Positions 1 through 13,467 of a stretch of DNA of 64,000 nt are shown here, one piece after another. The position numbers were made by a program, and so were the translations under genes. The DNA is from the human T2T-CHM13v2.0 reference genome, Homo sapiens. The stretch lies in NCBI RefSeq assembly GCF_009914755.1, contig NC_060939.1, one strand, 5' to 3'. Within the stretch, counting starts at the first letter, position 1, and each line of letters starts with the position of its first letter. The notes beneath the pieces are model-generated. The model saw only the letters and a list, made by a program, of their open reading frames with translations, was not told the origin of the DNA and did not search any database.

Positions 1-54
1 TAGCCTGCCAAAGTGCTGGGATTACAGGTGTGAGCCACCATGCCCAGCCTACAT

Positions 55-480
55 GTTTTATATAATGTTATTTGATATAACAACTTGGAAAGGACAAAAT
101 TATAGAAATGGAGAATAGATTAGTGGCTGCAGGGGTTAGGAATGGGGAGGTGGTGGGAAGGAGGTATATGTTTATTAAAGGGTAATGACAGGGAGGCTTA
201 TGGTGATGGAACTCTTCGTATGTTGACTATGGTGACAGATAGGAAAACCTACACGCGTGACAAAACTGCACAGAACTAAATACACACAAATGAAGTAAAA
301 GTGGGGAAGTCTAAATCAGATTGGTGGACTGTATCAATGTTAACATTCTGGCTGTGATATTACACAATAGTTTTGGAAGATGTTACCATGGGATAACTGT
401 AGAAAGGGTATATGTGATCTGTCTATTATTTCTTATGACTGCAGGTGAATCTACAATTATCTCATAAGAAAAAGTAAGAA
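55..480 (+). mobile_element. Old L1M (L1MC-like) 3' end
   Basis: gagaatagattagtggctgcaggggttagg ... gtgaatctacaattatctc motifs. Confidence 0.6.
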
Positions 481-639
481 GAGGCCAGGGGTGGTGGCTC
501 ACACCTATAATCCCAGCACTTTGGGAGGCCGAGGCAAGCAGATCACTTGAGGCCAGGAGTTTGAGACCAGCCTGGGCAACATGGTGAAAGCCCATCTCTA
601 CTAAAAATACAAAAATTAGCCGGGCATGGTGGCACACTA

Positions 640-987
<348 letters not shown>

Positions 988-2509
988 TCAAGAGGCTGAG
1001 GCAAGAGGATCAATTGAGCATCCAGAAGTTGAGGCTGCAGTGAGCCATGATCATGCCACTGCACTCCAGCCTGGGCAACAGGGCAAGACTGTATCTCTAA
1101 AAATTAAAAAAAAAATAAAATAATAAATAGAACATATAAAAGTAAATAAAAATTAAAAATAGGGATCTGGAGCTGGTAGGGAAGAAACAGAGCTGTATGG
1201 GAGAAAAGAATACTTTTCCTTGTTGATATATGGTCTGTGTCCCCTTTTTCTCCTCTTATTTTCTTTTGCATTCTTGCTCTGATTGACTTCTTTCTCAAGT
1301 GCCTCTTCTCTCTGACTTTCCCTGTGTCATTATTTTCCTCAACTCATTATTTTCCCTCTTTGCTTTGCTAAAAGACTCTATCCCTGCATCTTATTCAGAG
1401 CACACTGACTGCACTGGACAGGAGTTACAAGAGGGAAGAGGTACTCATAGAATCCTGGATTTCTAAAACACTTAAGCTACAAAGGTTGGTGAATATCAGA
1501 GTCCAATAGTCACATATTACACAGAGGAAAACTGAAGTGCTGAGAAAGGAAATAACTTGTGTCACTCACAGAGGGAATTTTTGGTAAAGTTGGAATATAA
1601 GCCTGGGATCCACTAGAACAGCTTCCCTAATTTTCTTTTCTTTTTTTTTTAGACAGGTTCTCACTCTGTCACCCAGGCTGGAGTTTGGTGGCATGATCAA
1701 AACTCACTGTGGTCTTGACGTCCTGGGCTCAAGTGATCCTCCTGCCTTAGCCTCCCAAGTAGCTAGGAATGCAGGAGTGTGCCACCATGCCTGGCTAATT
1801 TTTTTGTATTTTAAGTTTGTAGAGATGGGGTCTGGATATATTGCCCATGCTGGTCTCAAACTCCTGGACACAAGTGATCCTCCTACCTTGTGCTCCCAAA
1901 GTGCTGGAATTAGAGGCGTGAGCCACTACGCCTAGCCCTAGTTTCTATAATTTTCAACAGACGGAGCTCACTAGTTGGAGAAAAAGAGATTCCTGGGGGC
2001 AGCCAATTAAAACATAGAGAAATTAGAGCAACATGGTGAGAGAAATAATCTGATCAGGTGCAGTGGTTCGCGCCTGTAATCCCAACACTTTGGGAGGTCA
2101 AGGCAGGAGGATCACTTAAGCCTTGGAGTTTGAGACCAGCCTGGGCAATATGGCAAAACCCCATCTCTACAAAAAATAAAAAATTAGCTGAGCATGGTGG
2201 CGCATGCCTGTAGTCCCAGCTACTCAGGAGTCTGAGGTAGGAGGATCGTTTGAGCCTAGGAATTCGAGGCTACAATGAGCCATGATTGTGCCACTGCATT
2301 TCAGCCTGGGTGACAGAGCAAGAGACTTTGTCTCAAAAATAGAAAAGAAAAGAAAGAAAAAGAAAAGGAAGGAAGGAGGGAAAAGAAAAAAGAAAAAAAA
2401 AAGAAGGAAAGAAAGAGGGCAGCCAGGCGTAGTGGCTCACGCCTGTAATCCTAGGACTTTCGAGGTGGGCAGATCACCTAAAATCAGGAGTTTGAGAGCA
2501 GCCTCGTTA

Positions 2510-2825
<316 letters not shown>

Positions 2826-3347
2826 CTAGCCAGATGGTTTTGTGATAGGATTTGGGTAGAATGAAAATCTCAAGAGGTTAAATTCCTAAGAGGCAACTCT
2901 TCTCTCTTACTAACTATGGATTATTTTAAATGCACCAGATACCCCTCCTCAAGATGTAATATTATACCATAAATGTTATGGGGAGAAACTGCCCAAATGA
3001 ACAGACCAGCGCTCACACTGAGAACAGGAATAGGGAGTAGCCTATTTTGAGCCTACCTTTTTAAAAAACACTTGCATTTTGGGAAAATATAAAAAAAAAT
3101 GTCCAACAGGGTTGTCCTGTTGGTACCAAAAACCTTCAGAAATTTCAGAGTATAGGATGTTGGTAAGAAGCACCAAAGCAGAAAGTACCTCTTTCTGCAT
3201 GCGAGAAACCATCATTTATCTGAGAGTGATGTTCCCTAACACAAGAAAGGGTCTCTGTTAAGCAAGTGAGGGGTGGAAGGAGCTGTTGCCAGAGCCCGCC
3301 AGAAGCATCCTGGTAACCAACTGCTGGTCCAAACATTTCCTACTTAC

Positions 3348-3526
3348 ATGGAACAGTGGAAAGTGCCAACAGAGTTCTCCCGACGAATGTCTTCATATTC
3401 CTCATAGATTCCCTGCTTTTGCCTGGGCAAAATAGTCCATCAACCAAAGTTTAGGTTTTCTGATCTTCTTCCCATTCTTACCCAGCTGGTGGAGTCTACA
3501 GCCTATTTCAGGTTTGACCTCAGTAG
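3348..3526 (-). other. HIGD2B: Internal 179-nt minus-strand exon, probably a 5'UTR exon of the divergent HIGD2B transcript
   Basis: Minus strand reads ctaac branch point + pyrimidine tract ...ttttcctctag|CTACTG ... CAT|gtaagta. I recall HIGD2B lying head-to-head with BBS4, but its coding exon is not in this window. Confidence 0.6.
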
Positions 3527-4925
3527 CTAGAGGAAAAGTGGTTAAACAAAATAAAGAAGTTAGAAGCTGATTTACCTTTAAAAATAACAAACTTAAGTTC
3601 TTGTCTACAGTAAGTTTTATGGATCAAAAACTATTCTGACTTCTTATCTCAACAGATATCCTACACATATCTCACATCAGCATATATATATGCCTTTTAG
3701 AAAATTCTGTTATTAAAACTCGAAGGAAAAATGAGATCATGAATAAACTGAACATTTTTAAAAAATTATCTTTCATAACTTTTCAATCTAATATCTGTGT
3801 ATTATAATCATTTATTGTTTCATGTACTAATTCATCTATGTATTTACCAATCAATAAATATAATCTGATATGCACTATGATAAATGAGGTCAAAAAAAAA
3901 GGAGATACCCTGATCCACACAGGATATAAAGATGAAGGGCTGGGTGCGTTGGCTCACGCCTGTAATTCCAGCACTTTGGGAGGCTGAGGTGGGCAGACCA
4001 CCTGAGCTCAGGAGTTCAAGACCAGCCAGGCAAACATGGCGAAAACCTGTCTCTACTAAAAATACAAAAAATTAGCTGGCCGTGGTGGCAGATGCCTGTA
4101 ATTCCAGCTACTCAGGAGGCTGAGCCTGAGGCACGAGAATTGCCTGAACTCAGGTGGTGGAGGTTGCAGTGAGATCGTGCACTCCAGCCTGGGTGACAGA
4201 GTGAAATTCTGTCTCAAAAAAAAACAAAAGTGCTGTATTGAGGACTGAGACCTGAGATAGTGAGAGACAGGGATGTACAACTTGAGTCATACTGTGGACT
4301 GACAGGATGGGAATAGCTAAGGGACTGTCTGAGGTGGGGATGCCTGTCTGGTTCACTTGTTACTGCCTTGTTTATGTGACTTAGATAGTACTTAGCTTCT
4401 GCTGTTGATACTCAGTGGGAGATACACCTAAACCACACAGACAGCATTATTCTGAAAAGGAGAAGTTGCCAGGGAGTGTGGACCAGTAGTCTCCGTGGCC
4501 CTGTACTCTCCAAGCAGAAGTGTAGACTTCTTCTTCCCTGTGACTAGCCTTCAGGTGTAATTTCCAGTACATAGTTCCTTATAAATTCTATAGCTCAGGA
4601 GAATAAATAAGAGGCTCCTTTTCCAGAAAATCCAGTATTGGTTTTCCTCCTTTGGAGGCGTAGAGTCAGAACTCTCATGGCATGGCAGGATCCATGGAGG
4701 TGGCCACATCTCCCTTTTTTCAGTGAGTATTAGATCCCACAAGACAACCGCACAGCTAAACATAATTAAAACTTAGGTTTTATGATATTTGTTCCTTTCC
4801 TAAAACCTTCAGTGACTCCTTATTATCCATAGGGAACATATAAGCTAAATAAATGTGAACTTTTTTCTCCAAGCAAAACATTCTCCCCAGTGAATAGAAA
4901 ATCTTGTTTTCCTGTGTTACCTTGA

Positions 4926-5171
<246 letters not shown>

Positions 5172-7402
5172 TGAAGGGATCCATCTGCCTACCTTGGCCT
5201 CTCAAAGTGCTGGGATTACAGGCATGAGCCACCGCACTTGGACTCCTTTAAAATTATTATTATTATTGAGACAGAGTTTCGTGCTGTTGCCCAGGCAGGA
5301 GTGTGGCACTACCTTGATTATAGACGCAAGTCACTGGGCCTTGGGATTATAGACGCGAGTCACTGGGCCCAGCTTTCTTTCCAGTTTTAAAGTATTATTT
5401 TTAATTATCCAAACTAAATGTGTAGTAAATACTCTTCTTATAAATCTTTGTTTTCTTGATTGCTTCCTTAGCATATAATTTCAGAAATAGAACTGATCAA
5501 AGGGTATGCACATTTTTAAGGATTTATAATGCCAGATGCCTTCCAAAAGATGTTAACAACTTATTGAACTGACAGTATATAAGGGTGCTATAGAGTAATT
5601 TATTTATTTGAAAAACAAATCTTTATTGTGTAGAAATACGTATTTTAAAAATCCCCCAGAAAAGATGCTCTTCTCTCATTTCCCCATCCTCTTCCTTTTC
5701 TTCCACACCTCTGATATGAAGGACATTATTATACCTTATTAAAACTTCATCCACACTAGGCATGGTGGCTCATGCCTGTAATCCTGGCATTTTGGGAGGC
5801 CAAGGCAGGCAGATCACTTGAGGTCAGGAGTTTGAGACCAGCCTGGCCAACATGGTGAAATCCTGTCTCTACTAAAAATACAACAATTAGCCAGGTGTGG
5901 TGGCTGACGCTTGTAATCCCAGCTACTTGGGAGGCCAAGGCACGAGAATCACTTGAACCTGGAGGTTGCAGTGAGCTGAGATCGCACCACTGCACTCCAG
6001 CCTGGGTGATAGAGCGAGACTCTGTCTAAAAATAAGATAAAATAAAATAAAATGAAAACTTCATCCAGATGTCTAGACAACACTTTAACTATGTATTCTT
6101 CTGTATTTGCAAGTTACATGTTCATATAGCCATCTACAGATACCAGTTAGCCTTTGTAATCCATTCCCCACTTAAGTTTCACCATCTACTGGCTTTTCTG
6201 TTAATCCCTTGAGGAAAGGTTTGGAATTGAGGAGTAAATCCTTTATAAGGAGAATGCTGCAGTCTATTCGCTATTCACCGCTGACCAAGCTGCCACCTGG
6301 CCCTCCTGACTGCAGCAGGCACCCCCAGACAGTCATGTAAATGGACTAGGCCTGAGTCTGTAGTTCTTTGCTCTGAAAAAGGAGACGTAATGGCTTCTAC
6401 TTTTTATCATTTGGTGGAAATAATAGAGGAGTTTCTCTAGAATGTTTTTTGATCTGGTGGTTAAAGGGAACTTGGACATTTAGTCCCTGAAATAAATTGT
6501 TGCATCTTTGAAGGAAAAGATGAAAGTAGTTTCTTACACTTTAGTGAAGAAGCCTTTGGAAAATTTTGTTCTGGATGTTGTATATTCTCTGTAGAGGAGT
6601 GTTGGGGATTCCCCACATCAGCAGAACTAAAGGGTAACTGAAGAGAACAGGGAGTGACATGTCAGATTGAGAATCAGTCTTTTGAAAGTGGCAAAAAGAA
6701 TATGTGTTAAAAGAAAAAATAGGGTAGAAGATAAAAAGAATAGGGCAGAAGATATTAGCTTCAATTCCTCCTTTTTTTTTTTTTTTTTGATCCTTTGGAA
6801 TGATTTCTTCCTAGACTGCCAGTGTTGCGTAGTAACCCCGCCCATGAAGAGGACTGGAATACTGAAAAACTGCATGAAACTAAGCGCTGTGGGTTGGGCA
6901 GGGTGGCTCACGCCTGTAATTCCACACTTTGGGAGGCCAAGTTGGCTGGATTGCTTGAGCTCAGGAGCTTGAGACCAGCCTAGGTAACATGATGAAACCC
7001 CATCTTTACAAAAGATACAAAAATTAGCTGGGTGTGGTGGCATGAAGCTGTAGTCCCAGCTACTCAGGAGGCTGAGGTGGGAGGATCACTTGAGCCTGGG
7101 AGGTAGAGGCTGCAGTGAGCCGTGATTGTCCCACTGCACTTCCGCCTGGGCAACAGAGCGAGATCCTGTCCCAAAAACAAAAAAACTAAGCACTGTGGAT
7201 TAGAAATTAATAATTTTTCATCTTTATATCTTTTTTTTTTTTTTGAGACAGTCTTGCTCTGTCTCCCAGGCTGGAGTGCAGTGGCACGATCTCGGCTCAC
7301 TTAGGCAAGGTGTTTAATTAATCTCTGAAAAGTGGAGAATTTAGCACCAGGCATGGTGACTGGTGCCTGTAATCCTAGCTACTTGAGAGGATGAGGTGGA
7401 AG

Positions 7403-7754
7403 TGTTAAAGGTGGAGGGTGTCCAGGTTCTTGGTGTCTTGAAAAAAGAATTGGACAAAATGCACAAACAAAGCAAGGAAGGGACAAGGAATTTACTGAAC
7501 TTGAAAGTACACTCCAGTGTGGGAGCGGGCCTGAGCTTAGAAGTTCAGTGGCTCCGTTACAGAATTTTGGGGAGTTTAAATAACCCCAGAGGATTCCATG
7601 GTTACTTCGGGTATGCCTTATGTAAATAGAGAAGATGAAGTAAAGTTACAAAGACATTTATGGCCTATGCCCTATGGACAGAATATTACCTGTTATAGCT
7701 GAAGTGTGAATTGGCCTTATGTTCCCTACCTCCAGACCCTATTTTCCTGCCTCA
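7403..7754 (-). mobile_element. MER61-family (ERV1) solo LTR inserted into a free Alu monomer
   Basis: Reverse complement starts TGAGGCAGGAAAATAGGGTCTGGAGG and ends ...CCTCCACCTTTAACA; near 4-bp TSD gaag/ggag; monomer halves at ~7347-7402 and ~7755-7828. Confidence 0.8.
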
Positions 7755-7837
7755 GGAGGATTACTTGAGCCTAGGAGTTCAAGTCCAGTCTGGACATCAA
7801 TAGTGAGACCCCTGCCTCTGAAAAAAAATTTTTTTGA

Positions 7838-8490
<653 letters not shown>

Positions 8491-9506
8491 TAGATTACCG
8501 TACTTGTTTCTTCTATGTAACTCTAATTGTCAGTGGGGTTCTCCCTCTCTTAGAGGCCTGGAGAAACTTGTCTTAAATGCTTTCCCAGTTAATGAATTGG
8601 GAGAGGCAGATTTTATGTCTAAATTACAAGGGCGAGACTTAAAAGTATGAATTGGGGCTAATGTCAGTGCTCAGGTGCAGGGATCCTCCGTTTTGTTCAT
8701 CACACAGCTCCCGGCACTTTAATAAATGAGGCTCAAAGAAACGACGGGCTTAGGTCATGCAGTAGTCAAATTCAGAACTCATGTTTGATTCCAAAGCCCA
8801 CACGTTTTCCTAGTTTAGAAACACTAAACATTTAATTCACCGCACCGGGGGCCAGACAGGTAATGGAGAACGCCTTAAGTATGTTAGGAAGGGAAGTTAT
8901 CTACAGTCGCAGCCGCTATTCAGATCTATTTCACTGCCTTGCAGAAAACGCCGACTGTCGTCTCTTTATCCCATGGCCGATTTCTTGTGAAATCTCCTAA
9001 CTTTTAAATATTTCCAATCAAAAGACTGCCGTTCAAATGCAGCCCACCAGGAGCATGTTTGCAAACTCTGGAGTAAACAAGAGTGGGAAGCTGATAAGGT
9101 GAGTACCTCAGTTCGATAGTGACAGCCAAGAAACGGGGAGTTTTGTACCTAAGGCGAGAAAGAAATTCTCCGCCGAAATCTCCCGGAAGAAAGACTGAAT
9201 TAAATGCAGATTAGAGTCAGGGCAGGGTAAGGTGGCGGGAGAACTAGGCTGCCATCCCAGGTGGCTGGCCTACCAGCCAGCGCGGCCGGAGGTACAGACC
9301 ATGTACAGACCACGGCGAGGGGTGTTAGGGGCTTCTCGGGATAAAGGCAGCGAGTGGCTGCGCATTCCCTCCCCGACTCTTTCAGAGGTAAGCCTTCTGT
9401 GGAGCAGACCCTAATCCTCCCCCTGATTCCTTAGGTCACTCGGCGATTTACTTCCTTCCCCCGCTTCCTCACAGTCCTCCACAGCCCTACGACTTCCGCT
9501 TGCCTC

Positions 9507-9520
9507 GTCGTCTGGGAAAC
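9507..9520 (+). promoter_or_regulatory. RFX X-box GTCGTCTGGGAAAC
   Basis: Fits RYYNYY-NN-RRNRAC and ends 39 nt upstream of the ATG; BBS and other ciliary genes are established RFX/DAF-19 targets. Confidence 0.6.
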
Positions 9521-9558
9521 CGCCGACTTCCGGCCGCGCAGCGGTGGGCTGAGCTAAA

Positions 9559-9582
9559 ATGGCTGAGGAGAGAGTCGCGACG
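9559..9582 (+). CDS. BBS4: BBS4 exon 1 coding part (MAEERVAT)
   Basis: Strong Kozak context aaaATGG; donor ACG|gtgagc, phase 0. Confidence 0.96.
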
Positions 9583-9847
9583 GTGAGCGCCGAGATTCTC
9601 TTTAGTTGCCCGGCCGCAGGGCAAGGCAAGCTGGCGGGTGGCTTTTGTCCCATGCAGCGGTTCCTGGAGAGAGGCGGAGCTGGGTGCCGAGCGTCTCAGG
9701 GTGGGCGGGGCGACACGGTCCCCTTTTTACTGTCCCGGGAACTGGTCGCCTGGGGCAAGTCTGGATACTTAGCAGCACAGGTCCTGTTCTAGGACTGTAG
9801 TCCCTCTTGGGGTGCGCTGGACGGAGAAGGGAGACTTTTCACCAGTA

Positions 9848-9895
9848 ATGGCTCTTACCGTAGTGCCATCTTTTTCTGTCTCGGGGGTTTGGAAG
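9848..9895 (+). CDS. BBS4: Candidate alternative first coding exon of BBS4 (MALTVVPSFSVSGVWK)
   Basis: Kozak gtaATGG, 16 codons, donor AAG|gtaatg in phase 0 matching exon 2. Confidence 0.55.
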
Positions 9896-10435
9896 GTAAT
9901 GACTAGCACTTGTGTAGACAGTTCCTGTTAATCCCGTGAATTGGGAATTTAACATGCCTGGAAGCTTGCAGCGTCACTGCCTTCTGCCAGTGGAGCGGGA
10001 CTGTGTTTTTTCTGTGGTGATTAAGTTTAGGAAAGTACGGTTTTGGAATTCATCTGAAGGCTGAGTTGGGCGTTCACTCCACAGAACTGCTAATATAGAG
10101 GAACCCGATGAATTCAGGATGACCTAGTCGCTATTTTTTGAGGCATATATCTATAATTGGATCTAATTTCGGTAAAGTGCCAAGTGTGAAGCTTTGTTTA
10201 CCTTGCTTTAGTGTTGGGTTTGAAAGCCTGTTCTGTCCATTTGTTAGAATGATTTTAGGTATTCGGAATTTATTGTCTTTCGAAAAACGCCCTGGAAAAC
10301 AGTACAAATAGCAGCCTTTGGCTGTTTTACAACTTAGTTTTGGCTAAGCAGCAAGGTTAGTGTTATTGTTAGAGGGCCTTTTGTTTGTTTTCTACTCTCA
10401 TTTGCAGAGTAGTCATATTATTCTAGTCTAATTAG

Positions 10436-11011
<576 letters not shown>

Positions 11012-11360
11012 TCACGCCTGTAATCCTAGCACCTTGGGAGGCTGAGGTGGGTGGATCGCCTGAGGTCAGGAGTTCGAGACCAGCCTGGCCAACGTAGTGA
11101 AACCCTGTCCCTACTAAAAAAATACAAAAAATTAGCTGGACGTGGTGGCGGGCGCTGGTAATCCCAGCTACTAGGGAGGCTGAGGCAGGAGAATCGCTTA
11201 GAACCCAGGAGGCAGAGGTTGCAGTGAGCCGAGATCGTGCCATTTCACTGCAGCCTGGGCATCCAGAGCAAAACTCCGTCTCAGAAAAAAAAAAAAAGTA
11301 AATAGCATGGTTAATGTTACTGGGTTTTAAATATTAAAAACATAGGAAAGAAAATACTTC

Positions 11361-11419
11361 CACTCCAGCCTGGGTGACAGAGCAAGACTCCGTCTCAAAA
11401 AAAAAAAAAAAAAAAAAAA
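11361..11419 (+). mobile_element. Severely 5'-truncated Alu (~36 nt + poly-A) with TSD aaagaaaatacttc
   Basis: A direct repeat flanks cactccagcctgggtgacagagcaagactccgtctc(A)n. Confidence 0.85.
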
Positions 11420-11745
11420 GAAAATACTTCTAAGTAATCTTAAAGTGTAAAAGATAATGGGTAACATAACATTGCTACAAATATAGCTTATCCTCTAGTG
11501 CTCATCACAAGTGTTTGTGTAATAGAATATGAACTTGAGTCTGTGACGGCAGAATTGTCATGTACATTTGAATGTCTAATACTGTTTTAAAGAGAATAGC
11601 TTTTGTTTCGATATGACTTAGCAATTAAGCCTGAAGTTAACTGTTTTCATTGTTGTCAAATTTATTGCTAGTAGTGTTACGTTTATAGTAATTTTCATCT
11701 TTTCAAGTTACCAATGCATGGAAATGTGAATTTCTGTCCTTTTAG

Positions 11746-11994
<249 letters not shown>

Positions 11995-12290
11995 TGATCT
12001 GCACGCCTCGGTCTCCCAAAGTGTTGGGATTACAGGCGTGAGCCATGGCCCCCTGCCTTATTTTTTAATACAATTAAAAGAACCCAGTAATCCTACTCCT
12101 AGACCTGTGTCCCACAGAAAAAAGTGTTAAACATGAGCGTGTAGTACTAGGGCATTCGTTGTAGTACTATCCGTAGTGGCAAAACGCTGGAAGCAAATTA
12201 AATGCCCATTAATAGGGTAATTGATGACTTCAGATATTTCCATACTGTGGAATATTATGCAGTCATTAAAAAGAATGTTACAACTAATTG

Positions 12291-12397
12291 CTTTTCCTCT
12301 CAGAAGCCCCTCTCTCTCACTAGAGAAAGCTGTTCTCCTTTCTTTCTTCTGCCTATTAAACCTCCATTCCTAAACTCAGAAAGAAAAAAAAAAAAAG
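12291..12397 (+). mobile_element. Retroposed polyadenylated LTR fragment (LTR9/ERV1-like R region) with 19-bp TSD
   Basis: ATTAAA at 12355, A-rich tail 12378-12397, TSD agaatgttac(a/g)actaattg at 12272-12290 and 12398-12416. Confidence 0.7.
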
Positions 12398-13123
12398 AGA
12401 ATGTTACGACTAATTGACTTGGAGGGACTTCCATGGTGTACATTTAAATAAAAGGTAGATGTGAAGTGGGGTATATTATGTGATCTTAATTTCATAACAC
12501 AAAGGAAAACATATAGATCCGTAGATAAGGATATATGGATATGGAGGAGAGAAAAGGAAAAGACTCAAAACTCACAGAATTTTTGAAGAAATGTATAGCT
12601 AAAAATCTAAGAAGGCTACAGTCAAGGCCTTGAGGCCAGAAGACTCCCCATCAAAACTGAGTAAAACTAGCCCAGTGTGGGACGCAGAAATTCTAATATG
12701 CTACCAAAATTACTTACGGATTGCTACCAGTTCCTTAGAAGGAAAACTGAGGACTAATATTTGTATTTTCAGTATAGTTTAGAATTCTTAAAAAATGAGC
12801 AAACAGGCTGTACTTGGTGGCTCATGCCTGTAATGCCAGGACTTGTGGAAACTGAGGTGAGAGGATAACTTGAGTCCAGAGGTTTGAGACCAGTCTGGGC
12901 AACATGTTGGAGCCCCATTTCTACAAAAAACACAAAAATTAGCCAGACGTGGTGGCACGCGCCTGTCTTCCCAGCTACTGGGGAGGATCATCTGAGCCTG
13001 GGGGAAGTTGAGGCTCCAGTGAGCCATGATCATGCCACTGGACTCCAGCAGGGGCAGAGTGAGACTTTGTCTGAAAAAAACAAAAACAAAAAATGAATGA
13101 GCAACTAACTCTGGCTTTCATGA

Positions 13124-13467
<344 letters not shown>

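Larger units (their letters stand above)
9230..9830. promoter_or_regulatory. CpG island / probable bidirectional promoter (BBS4 on +, HIGD2B on -)
   Basis: GC- and CpG-rich, no evident TATA box, spans BBS4 exon 1; ETS cores ACTTCCG at 9492 and 9526. Confidence 0.85.

Noticed and set aside
8830-9160. Donor site for the first exon of the minus-strand transcript
   Set aside because: Several mediocre candidates exist (near 8840, 9106 and 9148), and I cannot choose between them from sequence alone.
9652-9700. ATG-led MQRFLERGGAGCRASQ as an alternative N-terminus
   Set aside because: The nearest GT (9701) gives 49 nt, which is out of frame with exon 2.
9559-9792. 77-aa read-through of exon 1 into intron 1, with an in-frame CAG|gtcctg at 9780
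   Set aside because: The donor is very weak, and open frames are expected in GC-rich DNA.
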